Below are positions 29,366 through 39,752 of a stretch of DNA of 64,000 bases, piece after piece (the first letter of the stretch is position 1; each line of letters opens with the position of its first letter). Made by a program: the position numbers and the translations under genes. The DNA lies in IMG/VR virus record IMGVR_UViG_3300044644_001125, positions 186,001-250,000 of that record; one strand, written 5' to 3'. Under the pieces are notes generated by a model. The model was given only the letters and a program-made list of their open reading frames with translations, did no database searches and had not been told where the DNA came from.

Positions 29366-32300
29366 ATGGCTATTACATGGGTTACGCCAGCTGGTGGTTT
29401 AGGTACATTTCAAGAACGAATAATAACTGAGATTCAGATCACTGCGACATCAACAATTGGCGCTATTACATTTGAAATAATCGCAGGTGCATTGCCACGC
29501 GGTTTGAGATTGGTTAGTAATACAACTCACACAGGCAATATAACATCTGCATATATCAAAGGAAGTCCAGTAGAAGTAACAAAATTAACAACCTGCAGAT
29601 TTGTAATCAGAGCAACTGATGGTGTTGATATCATCGATAGAACCTTCAACATTATAATTGATGGTGCTGATACACCAGAATGGGTTACACCAGAGGGTTA
29701 TTTGGATGCTGGTATTGCAGGTACTCATTACGTATTAGATAATAGTTACGTTAGCATTCAACTACAAGCTACTGATAGTGATATCACTGCTGGTGGTACA
29801 CTTACCTATCGACTACTTCCAAACGCTGGTGAATTCCCACCTGGCTTAACACTAGATAGTGATGGCCTTATAACTGGATTCACAGACCCTATTTTTGCTA
29901 CACCATACACGGGTCCAACCACAGGTGGTTATGACACCGCACCTTGGGATATCATACCATTAGACTTTGTTAAATTATCATCATCAGGTTACGATACTTA
30001 TTTTTATGATAATGTCACGTTCGATTATTCAGAAGTTGATAATACACCAACTCGATTAAGTAGAGATTATGTATTTTCGGTTGAAGTATCTGACGGATTT
30101 TACGCTGAAACAAGAATGTTCAGAATTTATGTCGTAACAGATGAATACTTAGCAACATTAAACATTGGTGTGAATAGAAAACCAATTTGGATTACAAAAC
30201 CATACCTAGGAAAGTACAGAGCTAACAACTATGTAACTATTCCACTTGACGTATACGATCCACCCTCATTACAGGGTACGATTACTTACTTCTTACTGAA
30301 CAACAATCCCGACGGATCATTAAGCCAATTACCACCTGGTATGGATTATGATTCGATGACTGGTGATATCGCTGGTAGAATTCCATATCAAGCTAGAGTA
30401 ACAAAAAGTTATAAATTCACGATGCTCGCGGTGAATTTCCCATTATCCGTATCTGACTCAGTGATTGTGTCCACTAGTATGATTGCAACTGCTAATCAAA
30501 TCATAGTAGCGGATACGTCTGCATTAAGTTATCAGATACAGTTACCAGCAAATCCACAGAATGGTGATAGATTAAGCGTTGTCGATAGTAAAAATACGTT
30601 TGCTACTAACCACATCACAGTCGAGTCTAAAACAAACGCGACAATCGAAGACACCAATTCTGTAATTTTAGATATCACCGGTGCGCAAGTAACTTTCGTA
30701 TATAGCGCAAGCACCAGTAATTGGGTATTGCAATATATACCATTCGGATATGTAGGTGAAATAGCAACCGATAACGTAATAACTGTAAATAACAATCATA
30801 CTGCATCAAACAATGATTTTCTACAACTCGATTCATCTACTAGTACATTCAATGTAACTTTACCATCATCACCGGTAAATGGTGCGAAAATAAGCATCAT
30901 TGATTATACTGGTTCACTTGAATTGCATAATGTAATTGTAATACCAAGCACTGGTGATACGGTATACGATGACAATGCATTGGTATTGGATGTTTCTGGT
31001 ACCTATATCACACTAACTTATGAGTTAACAAGTAAAAATTGGAATCTACAATACAATCCAGTTGGTTATTTAAGTGATCCTATCAATATTGGATTATTTC
31101 CATCACCGCTATACGATTATAATGTAACTGCAATTGACCATGTATTGGTTAGATTAGATTCAAGAAACAATGCAATTAACGTAATCTTACCAAGGAATCC
31201 AAGTAATGGGTTTATGGTAGGTATTGCTGATGTTTTTGGGAATTGCAACGAACACCCTATCACCATTATACCAAATACACCCGATTCAGTAATAAACGAT
31301 TCATCTCTTGTATTAGATGTAAATGGCGCTGTTGTTATTTTAGTCTATAGCCGACCAACAAACAACTGGGAATTGCAATTTATACCAAGCAATACCGGAA
31401 GCTATGGATTGACTAGTACTGCATTAACACCGTCGGTTCTCGTTAATGATTTGAACAGCAACGTCGCTATCACTTCCACGTTAGTCGGTGATTGGAATGC
31501 AACTACGACCTATAATATCAACGATGCCGTTAGATTTAGTGGATTTGTTTATATTTGTTTGATTAGAAATACAAATAAGAACCCACTCGATACCAACTAT
31601 TGGATATCTGGGGTAACTTCTGAACCAAGAACATTCACAGTCGATGTTATTGGTGAAATTGAAAGTGCAATTAGTTGGGTTACTAAACCAAACTTAGGAA
31701 CTATTAAACCTAATAGACCTTGCACAATCCAGTTAGAAGCATCTAATTTGATTAAAGGTGGTAATGTTTCATACAAACTAACAAGTGGTAATTTGCCTTC
31801 TGGTTTAACTCTACTACCTTCTGGATTTATCGAAGGTAAAGTCAGACAATTCCAAGACATCGAAAATAACTTACCAGGTTTAACTAGATTCTTCGACCAT
31901 GATTCTAGCTTAGTTGATTCAACCGCATCAAGAAGTTATAATATGACGTTTGATGGTAATACCACAACCTTCGATAAAAAGCACACATTCACGGTAGTAG
32001 CAAGAGATTCGGTTAATCTAGTTGAACTACCACAAACTTTCGAGTTAACAGTTAAAACTGATTCGGAATTAGTATACGCTAATCTATACTTAAAAGCCTT
32101 TATGCCAAAAGATCAACGTCTTGAATGGCATAAATTCATTACTGATGATTGCATTTTCAAATCAGCTGATCTATACAGATATGGTGATGTGAACTTTGGA
32201 ATTCAATCCGAATTAAAAACATTACTGTTCGCTGGTATTGAATCATCCAAAGCAGAAACGTATGTGCAAGCAATGAGCCGAAATCACACCAAAAAACAAA

Positions 32301-32974
32301 TGCTATTTGGTGATGTGAAAATCGCAGTCGCTTTAGATGAAACAACTCAACAACCGATTTATGAAGTAGTTTACGTTGATTTAGTAGACCAATTCGAAAA
32401 AAATAACACCAGTATCAGTAAAATGATGGAATTACCTGATAATACCGATAGTAAAGTTCTTATCAGCTACGAAAATATCACAATAGACAGTGATATTCCA
32501 TTTGTAAGTGATAGTGATAAACAAAGAGTATTCCCAAATTCAATCAAGAATATGAGAAAACAAGTTGAAACTACTGGTACAAGAGATAGAACCTATCTTC
32601 CACTTTGGATGAGAAGTATCCAGCCTAATACAAATCACGAACCAGGGTTTACTAGAGCTCTCGTGTTGTGCTATACCAAACCAAACCACGGTTCAATCAT
32701 AGCAAGTAGAATAAAAGCAAAAATAAACACAGCATCGCGTGGTAATTGGTCACCAAATGCGTATTATCAAGTAGGTGATACCGTAAAATACCTTAGTTTT
32801 TACTATACATGCACGTTAAACAATAGTAACACTAAACCAACAGATGAACACTCGTGGAGTCGTAATTTTGATTTCAAATTACTGGACTTCACCGCAGATA
32901 GATATATCATCGACACACTTGATAATAAAGTGGGTGATAAATATCTAGTATTCCCAACCCATAGAGAACCATAA
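29366..32974 (+). CDS. large virion/baseplate protein with Ig-like (He_PIG) repeats and CBM-like motifs
   Basis: Repeated G.LP.GL.L...G.I.G; three LP.SP.NG...I.D...L..TGA units; W.....Y..GD.V.Y.G..Y.C twice. Confidence 0.75.
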   Translation: MAITWVTPAGGLGTFQERIITEIQITATSTIGAITFEIIAGALPRGLRLVSNTTHTGNITSAYIKGSPVEVTKLTTCRFVIRATDGVDIIDRTFNIIIDGADTPEWVTPEGYLDAGIAGTHYVLDNSYVSIQLQATDSDITAGGTLTYRLLPNAGEFPPGLTLDSDGLITGFTDPIFATPYTGPTTGGYDTAPWDIIPLDFVKLSSSGYDTYFYDNVTFDYSEVDNTPTRLSRDYVFSVEVSDGFYAETRMFRIYVVTDEYLATLNIGVNRKPIWITKPYLGKYRANNYVTIPLDVYDPPSLQGTITYFLLNNNPDGSLSQLPPGMDYDSMTGDIAGRIPYQARVTKSYKFTMLAVNFPLSVSDSVIVSTSMIATANQIIVADTSALSYQIQLPANPQNGDRLSVVDSKNTFATNHITVESKTNATIEDTNSVILDITGAQVTFVYSASTSNWVLQYIPFGYVGEIATDNVITVNNNHTASNNDFLQLDSSTSTFNVTLPSSPVNGAKISIIDYTGSLELHNVIVIPSTGDTVYDDNALVLDVSGTYITLTYELTSKNWNLQYNPVGYLSDPINIGLFPSPLYDYNVTAIDHVLVRLDSRNNAINVILPRNPSNGFMVGIADVFGNCNEHPITIIPNTPDSVINDSSLVLDVNGAVVILVYSRPTNNWELQFIPSNTGSYGLTSTALTPSVLVNDLNSNVAITSTLVGDWNATTTYNINDAVRFSGFVYICLIRNTNKNPLDTNYWISGVTSEPRTFTVDVIGEIESAISWVTKPNLGTIKPNRPCTIQLEASNLIKGGNVSYKLTSGNLPSGLTLLPSGFIEGKVRQFQDIENNLPGLTRFFDHDSSLVDSTASRSYNMTFDGNTTTFDKKHTFTVVARDSVNLVELPQTFELTVKTDSELVYANLYLKAFMPKDQRLEWHKFITDDCIFKSADLYRYGDVNFGIQSELKTLLFAGIESSKAETYVQAMSRNHTKKQMLFGDVKIAVALDETTQQPIYEVVYVDLVDQFEKNNTSISKMMELPDNTDSKVLISYENITIDSDIPFVSDSDKQRVFPNSIKNMRKQVETTGTRDRTYLPLWMRSIQPNTNHEPGFTRALVLCYTKPNHGSIIASRIKAKINTASRGNWSPNAYYQVGDTVKYLSFYYTCTLNNSNTKPTDEHSWSRNFDFKLLDFTADRYIIDTLDNKVGDKYLVFPTHREP

Positions 32975-32975
32975 C

Positions 32976-33611
32976 ATGACAGATACTACCATCAATATCA
33001 CAGCAATTGACAATATCAATGACTTATTCCCCTATCCAGGTGAAGACAATGATACTCAAACATTCCGTGATAACTTTAATACCATCAAAGTTGGCCTTAA
33101 AGCAGCACATACCGATTTACACGATCTGTATACAAATACGGCAAGAACGGATGCAGCAGTAACCGATTTTGGTAATAATACCGTCAAAAATGCAGTATTA
33201 CTCGCTGCACAAGAAGCAGTTTATGATTTTAAATCAGTTCAAACAACTGACGTGACTATTGACTATAATAACGGTTTATATCAAATCGTTAAAGTTGGTA
33301 ACGATATTGGTATTTCATTTACCAACTTACCAAATGACACACCAGCTGCTAAAGTTGGTAAAATTAGATTAGAACTAACATCTTCAGTTGCTTCCGGTTC
33401 AACCGAAGATAAAGGACCATTAGTTACTTTTAGATCTACTAATGGAGTTTCTATCAAATACGGTACTGGTTTCCCAACAGCAAATGACAGTTCAACAACT
33501 CCACACTTGCGTGTTTTCAGTACAAATGAACCAGTTATCTTAGAAATTTGGCAATATTCATCTACCATCTATATAAGATACCTTGGAACATTTAGCGAAA
33601 TGCCAGTATGA
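32976..33611 (+). CDS. virion structural protein
   Basis: FPYPGEDNDTQTFRDNF; in a late operon. Confidence 0.6.
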   Translation: MTDTTINITAIDNINDLFPYPGEDNDTQTFRDNFNTIKVGLKAAHTDLHDLYTNTARTDAAVTDFGNNTVKNAVLLAAQEAVYDFKSVQTTDVTIDYNNGLYQIVKVGNDIGISFTNLPNDTPAAKVGKIRLELTSSVASGSTEDKGPLVTFRSTNGVSIKYGTGFPTANDSSTTPHLRVFSTNEPVILEIWQYSSTIYIRYLGTFSEMPV

Positions 33612-33841
33612 ACCACCCATTCGCTCCAGATTTTACCGACATGAGAGACGATGAAGTTGAATTAAAACTCAACGAACTCATGAAAAAATATCACACGGCA
33701 TATAGACTAGGTAACCAAGAACTCTTGACACAGTTGGCTACCTTTGTTAATATCTATAAAGAAGAACTCTCCAATAGATTCCGTGCTAAGATTACCCAAT
33801 CCGAAAATGGTGACCTTGGAGAACTCATTAACGTAGATTAG
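33608..33841 (+). CDS. hypothetical protein
   Basis: 77-aa coupled ORF. Confidence 0.65.
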   Translation: MNHPFAPDFTDMRDDEVELKLNELMKKYHTAYRLGNQELLTQLATFVNIYKEELSNRFRAKITQSENGDLGELINVD

Positions 33842-33850
33842 GAGTTCCAA

Positions 33851-34306
33851 ATGACCAATACTGTCGACCAATTAGTCACAGGCGTTTTAAGACATGGCCC
33901 AGATATTCTGGGCTATTGTACTTGTACCGATGACATTTCAAAGTACGTCAATTATCTGTTAGATGAAAGACTTAATTATCCAATACCACTGCAAGAAACC
34001 AATCCAAACAACTGGTTTATCCCAGATTCTTACAAAAACTTAGATATAGCAGAATGGTGTTTAGCCAAATGTAAATCAGATATCGAATTAGCAAGAGTTG
34101 AATTAGAACTAGCCGAGTTCAAATCTCGTAATCTATTCCCAGTCCTACAATGCATGCTTTATATCGTTGATACCCTTCGTACACATAATATAGTATGGGG
34201 CGTGGGTAGAGGAAGTTCAGTATCAAGTTACGTCTTATTCCTTATCGGTGTCCATAAAATCGATAGTATCAAATACGGTTTAGACATTAAAGAGTTTTTG
34301 CGTTGA
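33851..34306 (+). CDS. stand-alone fragment similar to the DnaE (Pol III alpha) catalytic region
   Basis: R...EL..F......YIVD......IVWGVGRGSSVSSYVLFLIGVHKID.IKY.L. Confidence 0.75.
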   Translation: MTNTVDQLVTGVLRHGPDILGYCTCTDDISKYVNYLLDERLNYPIPLQETNPNNWFIPDSYKNLDIAEWCLAKCKSDIELARVELELAEFKSRNLFPVLQCMLYIVDTLRTHNIVWGVGRGSSVSSYVLFLIGVHKIDSIKYGLDIKEFLR

Positions 34307-34378
34307 TAATTAACCCTTGACAAACAATGCTAATTCAGCTAAACTAAACCCACTTTCAACTTAACAAGGACTTTACAA

Positions 34379-34615
34379 ATGATTACATTAAATACAACCG
34401 ATGCAGGCGACGTAACAGTAGTATCACTCAATGGCACCTATGCTAGTAACATCTATCACATCGAACCAGAAAACTTCCACGCATTCGCTATCGAAAACTT
34501 TGATGCCGAAAACGCGTCACAAGAAGAACTAGAAAGAATCTGCAAACTTTGGGATGATCGACTCCTATTCAAATATCTTAACTTCCCAAACTTCGCAGCT
34601 GCGATGGCTGACTAA
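34379..34615 (+). CDS. hypothetical protein
   Basis: AGGA SD; sigma70-like promoter upstream. Confidence 0.6.
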   Translation: MITLNTTDAGDVTVVSLNGTYASNIYHIEPENFHAFAIENFDAENASQEELERICKLWDDRLLFKYLNFPNFAAAMAD

Positions 34616-34644
34616 ATACTGCTTTACATTCCAGGAGAATTACA

Positions 34645-34845
34645 ATGTCAAACCAAACCTATACTACCGCAAAAGGTAAAAAAATCGATATGCAGGCGTT
34701 AGCATCAAAATATGAACTCACCCCAGCAGTTGGCAATTATCGTGTAAATTCACGCGGTGATGAGATCGGTACAGGTGGTCAAATCGTTCGTACACGTGAA
34801 CAAGTGTTACAAGATTATTATGACCAAAATCCACGCGACATCTAA
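34645..34845 (+). CDS. hypothetical protein
   Basis: Late promoter and AGGAG SD. Confidence 0.7.
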   Translation: MSNQTYTTAKGKKIDMQALASKYELTPAVGNYRVNSRGDEIGTGGQIVRTREQVLQDYYDQNPRDI

Positions 34846-34857
34846 TAGGTATTAACC

Positions 34858-35208
34858 ATGAGTGAAGTGATTACAATCGACCGTACAATTCACAAAAACA
34901 TCCTTGTGAAAAACATGAAACATAGCGAAACTGTATTACAATCTGGTATTGTACTACGTTCTGATAATTCTTCGGCACATGGGATACGTCCACGCTGGGC
35001 TCAGGTGTTCATGGTCGGGCCTGAGCAGCATGATGTTAAACCAAACGACTTCATTTTGCTGGAACATGGCAGATGGTCACGTAAGATTCAGGTTGAAACA
35101 CCAGATGGACCGATTGATTTACAACTTGCCGACCCTAATGGTATACTTTTAGTTAGCGACGTAGAGCCACCAATTGGCGATCAATACATACCATCTAACA
35201 AAGTCTAA
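34858..35208 (+). CDS. GroES-like co-chaperonin
   Basis: SGIVL...RPRWAQVFMVGP.Q..VK..DFILLEHGRW. Confidence 0.75.
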   Translation: MSEVITIDRTIHKNILVKNMKHSETVLQSGIVLRSDNSSAHGIRPRWAQVFMVGPEQHDVKPNDFILLEHGRWSRKIQVETPDGPIDLQLADPNGILLVSDVEPPIGDQYIPSNKV

Positions 35209-35217
35209 GGAGAATTC

Positions 35218-35709
35218 ATGTCACAAGTTTATACCAGAATGCTTGTTTATTCATTAGACGAACCGTCTAATTTGATTAACATCCATGATGCCAGATATAA
35301 CAAGACTATTCACATACCACTAAATGCAGGATATTCTCCCGAAAATGCAGTTTTGGGATGGTTGAATTCTAAACACATTCCACATTTAGGTGTAGTAGAA
35401 AATCACGTGATATGCGAATTTGATGGTCCTGTTCCATCAACCGACGAGTTCAATATACCTACATCTCACGTTCTTGAAGTTTCAACCGTGAAAAACGATG
35501 CCGGTGTTTATCAACTAAAGATCCATTCTGCTCGGTATACTCAATCCGTTTACACCGAGATTAAAGATGGTTATGAAACCATCGAAAATGCGTATGTCTG
35601 GTTAAAGAATCACGGATTTACTATTGTTTCAGCTGATGCTGATTCATTAAAAATGTTTGTTGTAACAAGTACGTTTAAACCCCTTTACTCTACACCTGAA
35701 TTAGTGTAA
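35218..35709 (+). CDS. hypothetical protein
   Basis: AGGAG SD, 163 aa. Confidence 0.65.
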   Translation: MSQVYTRMLVYSLDEPSNLINIHDARYNKTIHIPLNAGYSPENAVLGWLNSKHIPHLGVVENHVICEFDGPVPSTDEFNIPTSHVLEVSTVKNDAGVYQLKIHSARYTQSVYTEIKDGYETIENAYVWLKNHGFTIVSADADSLKMFVVTSTFKPLYSTPELV

Positions 35710-35723
35710 ACTAATCTTTTCTT

Positions 35724-35819
35724 GGCTAAAAGATGATTGCCTTATGGTTCGATTATCTTTTAGCCGTTTTTCATACTAAAAGCAATTATCTTTTAGTCGT
35801 TTTCAATTATCTTTTAGAG
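35724..35819. repeat. intergenic cluster of CTAAAAGAT-type motifs in both orientations
   Basis: GGCTAAAAGATGAT...ATTATCTTTTAGCC; CTAAAAG-CAATTAT-CTTTTAG; CAATTATCTTTTAG. Confidence 0.8.
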
Positions 35820-35826
35820 GTATCAA

Positions 35827-36204
35827 ATGAGTACTAACGTTTTTGAAGATCAAAAATTCTGCATGGAAGCATGGGGTCAATCAACTACTACTTTCAATCC
35901 ATCACAATACAACATGTATCTTAATTTAGTAGCTGAAGAATATACTGAATTACAAGAAGCGATTGAAGATAAAGATGCAGTTGAACAAATTGACGCATTG
36001 GCAGATATCATTGTGGTATGCGCTGGTGCTTTGTTGTCACGTGGCGTAGATCCAAATTCCATATGGAATGAAGTTATACGCTCCAATAAGAGCAAAATTG
36101 ATCCTGAAACTGGCACCGTTCTACGTCGAGAAGATGGTAAGGTCATTAAACCCGCGACATTCTCTGAACCGAATCTAGCACAGTTTCTTGAAAACGTAGC
36201 ATAA
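35827..36204 (+). CDS. MazG-like nucleotide pyrophosphohydrolase
   Basis: EEY.EL.EA......EQIDALAD; EVIRSN.SK; REDGKV.KP. Confidence 0.85.
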   Translation: MSTNVFEDQKFCMEAWGQSTTTFNPSQYNMYLNLVAEEYTELQEAIEDKDAVEQIDALADIIVVCAGALLSRGVDPNSIWNEVIRSNKSKIDPETGTVLRREDGKVIKPATFSEPNLAQFLENVA

Positions 36205-36266
36205 TATTGATCTACCAAGGAAATAGCCAGTTGGCTATTTCCTGTTTATACCTACAGGAATTCAAT

Positions 36267-36479
36267 ATGACAGACTTTGAACAAAAACGACTTTCGATCA
36301 TTACAAATATGTGTTATAGTGCACGTCCTGATTTCGAATATTTACCAAGACCAACTGGTGAAACCAAGCATGTAAGACGTGCTTACGATCCACGAATGAA
36401 AACTACTTCGTTATGGTGTAGTATGGCTAAGATATTCGATAATGACATCCTTCCACATATGAACTTTAAAGAGAATTAA
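36267..36479 (+). CDS. hypothetical protein
   Basis: AGGA SD. Confidence 0.55.
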   Translation: MTDFEQKRLSIITNMCYSARPDFEYLPRPTGETKHVRRAYDPRMKTTSLWCSMAKIFDNDILPHMNFKEN

Positions 36480-36482
36480 GAT

Positions 36483-37415
36483 ATGGCAATTCCACAATTA
36501 TGGGTTGAAAAATACAGACCGTCCACACTCGAAGGATATGTTTTCACTGATCCTAAACAAAAAGCAACTATTGAAAAGTGGGTTAAAGAGAAAAACATTG
36601 GGCATTTGGGTCTCAGCGGTCCGGGAGGAGTTGGTAAAACAACTCTGGCACGATTACTTGTAAATGAACTAGGTGTTAATCCATACGATTTCTTAGAAAT
36701 TAATGCAAGTCGAAATTCTAGTATCGACGAAGTCAGAGACCGTATAACAAACTTTGCTCAAATGATGCCATTCGGCGCATTTAAGATTATATTACTAGAT
36801 GAAGCTGATGGCGTGTCCTTCGCAGGCCAACAGGCATTGCGTGGTGTTATCGAGGCATATAGCGATACTGCACGGTTTATTCTAACCTATAATTATCCGC
36901 ATCGAATCATCCCTGCGTTGAAAAGTCGTTGTCAAGGATTTCATATCGAGAAACCTGATGTAACCGAGTTTACTACTAGAGTTGCCACCATTTTAATCAA
37001 CGAAAACGTTGAATTTTCATTGGATGTTCTCGATTCGTATGTCAGAGCAACCTACCCAGATTTGCGGAAATGTATCAACGAATTACAACAAAATACGATT
37101 TCAAATAAGTTAGTGTCGCCAGGTGATGGTGATAATAGCACAGCTGAATGGCGTTTTCAGATGGTTGAGTTATTCAAAGCTGGTAAGATAAACGATGCAC
37201 GTGCATTACTATGTGGTAAAATCTCAGCAGATGAAATGGAAGACGTGTATAGATTTATCTATGATAACCTATCCATTTTCAGTGAGGATTCCACCGTTCA
37301 AGATTCTATCATCTTAATTGTTAAGCAATCTTTAGTGGACCACCAGGCGGTGGCAGATCCAGAAATTAACCTGGCTGCTTGTCTAATCCGAATCATGAGA
37401 CTACTAAATAAGTGA
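36483..37415 (+). CDS. clamp loader subunit (RFC-small/T4 gp44-like)
   Basis: LWVEKYRP, GPGGVGKTT, EINAS, IILLDEAD, ALKSRC. Confidence 0.93.
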   Translation: MAIPQLWVEKYRPSTLEGYVFTDPKQKATIEKWVKEKNIGHLGLSGPGGVGKTTLARLLVNELGVNPYDFLEINASRNSSIDEVRDRITNFAQMMPFGAFKIILLDEADGVSFAGQQALRGVIEAYSDTARFILTYNYPHRIIPALKSRCQGFHIEKPDVTEFTTRVATILINENVEFSLDVLDSYVRATYPDLRKCINELQQNTISNKLVSPGDGDNSTAEWRFQMVELFKAGKINDARALLCGKISADEMEDVYRFIYDNLSIFSEDSTVQDSIILIVKQSLVDHQAVADPEINLAACLIRIMRLLNK

Positions 37416-37858
37416 TGAAACCTAAATTTATACACGCATTCATGAAAACTGCCTTTACATTCGCTGAATTAAGTACAGCAGAAAAGATGAAGGTTGGTTC
37501 TATCGTAGTTAAAGATAACCGGATCATATCGATTGGTTATAATGGCACGCCTTCAGGTTGGTCAAATGACTGTGAAGACCGGATAGTAAACCCAGATACA
37601 GGTGAAGTTGAATTAAAAACTAAACCAGAGGTAGCGCATTCCGAATCCAACGCTATTTTGAAATTAGCTAGAAGTCACGAGTCTGCGTTAGATGCCTCGC
37701 TGTTCATAACACACTCACCCTGTATAAACTGCGCAAAAATGATTTACCAAGCAGGAATCTCAGAGGTATACTATTCAATTGAGTATAAATCAACTGATGG
37801 TATCGAGTTCCTGAAAAAATGCAACATCCCCGTCCATCAAGTAAAGGAAACACAATGA
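37412..37858 (+). CDS. dCMP deaminase
   Basis: KVGSIVV, SIGYNGTPSG, HSESNA, THSPCINC. Confidence 0.92.
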   Translation: MMKPKFIHAFMKTAFTFAELSTAEKMKVGSIVVKDNRIISIGYNGTPSGWSNDCEDRIVNPDTGEVELKTKPEVAHSESNAILKLARSHESALDASLFITHSPCINCAKMIYQAGISEVYYSIEYKSTDGIEFLKKCNIPVHQVKETQ

Positions 37859-38163
37859 AAGAACGCTTCATGATCATAACTTACGTACTAATCAAAAACG
37901 GTTCATACGATGAGTTAACTGATTTCAAAAACCGAGTATCACCTAAAAATTTGCAACAAGCAAGTGTAATCTTAGATCTTAAAGATCAGAAAGTTATCAA
38001 GAACAGTCTACAAAAAAAGTATGATTTCTTAGAAGTATTGACTATCTATAGAAACGCAATTGGTGCCCAACTAGACCCATATATTGCTCATCTTGGATTA
38101 GAGTTCGGTTCTGATACAGTTGAGTCATCTGAAGCAGTTAATGCTGAATTCACTGAGGCTTAG
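37855..38163 (+). CDS. hypothetical protein
   Basis: Coupled ORF, ATG 37855. Confidence 0.65.
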   Translation: MKERFMIITYVLIKNGSYDELTDFKNRVSPKNLQQASVILDLKDQKVIKNSLQKKYDFLEVLTIYRNAIGAQLDPYIAHLGLEFGSDTVESSEAVNAEFTEA

Positions 38164-38243
38164 TTAGGCTCGCGCCTAACGGCGCTCGCAAAGTATCAAA
38201 AGGGTCTATCCAATAGGCCCTTTTCTTTACCCATCGAAAAAGG

Positions 38244-38271
38244 TTGACATCCATTCGATTTTAGGTATAAT
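38244..38271 (+). promoter_or_regulatory. sigma70-type early promoter, Lcl cluster 1
   Basis: TTGACA-16-TATAAT. Confidence 0.8.
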
Positions 38272-38296
38272 ACATACAGTATCAACTACTAGGAGA

Positions 38297-38383
38297 ATGA
38301 AAATGTTTTACACTCTTACTTTTATCGCATTCTTATTTGTTTTCGCTTTTATGCTTGCTGATTTTCTTACGGACTTCGAATGA
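38297..38383 (+). CDS. 28-aa hydrophobic peptide
   Basis: AGGAG SD; MKMFYTLTFIAFLFVFAFMLADFLTDFE; ATGA-coupled to the next gene. Confidence 0.55.
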   Translation: MKMFYTLTFIAFLFVFAFMLADFLTDFE

Positions 38384-38673
38384 ACATCGAAATAGCACCT
38401 ATTGAATTCCAAAAAGAGTTGAGCTGGGAAGATGCCAGGTTGTACTGCTTTTCGTTTACTATTGATGGGAAAATTGGATGGCGTTTACCTACCAATAAGG
38501 AACAAGAGTTTCTAAAATCACAAAACATTGAAAGTTCCGATGAATGGTATTGGACTTCTAACGACGATGGCGACTGGGTAGTATGCTACAACTGGCATTC
38601 CGAACTGGGATCTCATAGCTTTAAAGAACACATTCGTTACGCTAGACCAGTGAGAGATCTAAAAGATAATTGA
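38380..38673 (+). CDS. DUF1566/Lcl-like paralog 1
   Basis: EIAP..SW..A..YC...IDGKIGWRLPT..WYWTS..RPVR. Confidence 0.8.
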   Translation: MNIEIAPIEFQKELSWEDARLYCFSFTIDGKIGWRLPTNKEQEFLKSQNIESSDEWYWTSNDDGDWVVCYNWHSELGSHSFKEHIRYARPVRDLKDN

Positions 38674-38717
38674 ATCAACGCGAGCACCGCTAGGTGCGAG
38701 CTATCAAGGAAAACAGT

Positions 38718-39056
38718 ATGAACATCGAAATAGCACCAGAAAAGTATTGGACTCGCCTATCCTACGATGAAGCAGTATTCTATTGCTTCACGCTAGGTTA
38801 TCGTTTACCAACCGAAAAAGAATTCCTTGAACTCTCAGTTGCTGAATTTAGATTTGAAGGGCCTTATTGGTCTAGTGAACCTCCTCGTCTTGAGTTCAGA
38901 TATGTTTATATTAACTTACAAAAAGGCAGAGGTGGTTGCACCAGTTCACGTGTTAGTAGTAAATGTTTGGTTTTGCCAATTAGAACTAAACAACCTATTC
39001 TCAAAACGCCAAATCTTTTCAAACGGATTATTAACAGACTATGTACATCGAAATAG
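38718..39056 (+). CDS. DUF1566/Lcl-like paralog 2 (divergent)
   Basis: EIAP, YC..LGYRLPT, YWSS, VLPIR. Confidence 0.75.
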   Translation: MNIEIAPEKYWTRLSYDEAVFYCFTLGYRLPTEKEFLELSVAEFRFEGPYWSSEPPRLEFRYVYINLQKGRGGCTSSRVSSKCLVLPIRTKQPILKTPNLFKRIINRLCTSK

Positions 39057-39394
39057 CACCACCCGAATATCAGGTTAAAATGCCACAAAATACAGCAAAG
39101 ATGTATTGTTTCTCCCTTAACATTGACGGTAAGGTAGGCTGGCGTGAACCAACCACAGATGAATTGCATAAGATTTCGAAATCTATAGATTATGATGAAT
39201 GGATTTCTAACCGTGGTTTTTGGAGTTCCGATGGTTATACTATCTTACGTGATTGTTGGTCATTTCCTTGGTCACTTATCAATGACTACGAACTTAATAC
39301 TCCACGTTTGGTAGTCCCAGTTAGAACCCTACCAGAAGTCGGTTGGTTTGGTAGGTTGATCTACAAATGGAACGGATATAGAGAAATCCTATGA
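39041..39394 (+). CDS. DUF1566/Lcl-like paralog 3 (divergent)
   Basis: YCFSLNIDGKVGWREPT, FWSS, VPVR. Confidence 0.75.
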   Translation: MYIEIAPPEYQVKMPQNTAKMYCFSLNIDGKVGWREPTTDELHKISKSIDYDEWISNRGFWSSDGYTILRDCWSFPWSLINDYELNTPRLVVPVRTLPEVGWFGRLIYKWNGYREIL

Positions 39395-39726
39395 ACTTTG
39401 AAACAGCACCGAAGTCAGCAGTAATTGAAGCAAACTACGATGATGCCAGATTCTACTGTATGGCAAACATTGAGGGTAAAACAGGTTGGAGATTACCAAC
39501 TATGGATGAATTGAATCAAATATACCTTGATAATCGATTACAGGTGCAAAAGTTTGAACCAGTTTGTTACTGGTCATGCACTCCGTATAATGTACTCGAT
39601 AACCCAGTTTTTGACAAAGCCGTTTGGACTCAAGATTTCAGAAAAGGATTCCAAACGTATTGCATACCAGGCAAAAACAATATACCATACAATAGGTATT
39701 TTGTATTACCTGTTCGTGATCTCTAA
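39391..39726 (+). CDS. DUF1566/Lcl-like paralog 4
   Basis: GKTGWRLPTMDEL, YWS, VW.QDF..G, VLPVR. Confidence 0.8.
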   Translation: MNFETAPKSAVIEANYDDARFYCMANIEGKTGWRLPTMDELNQIYLDNRLQVQKFEPVCYWSCTPYNVLDNPVFDKAVWTQDFRKGFQTYCIPGKNNIPYNRYFVLPVRDL

Positions 39727-39752
39727 AAGATAATTAAACCAAGGAATCTAAC

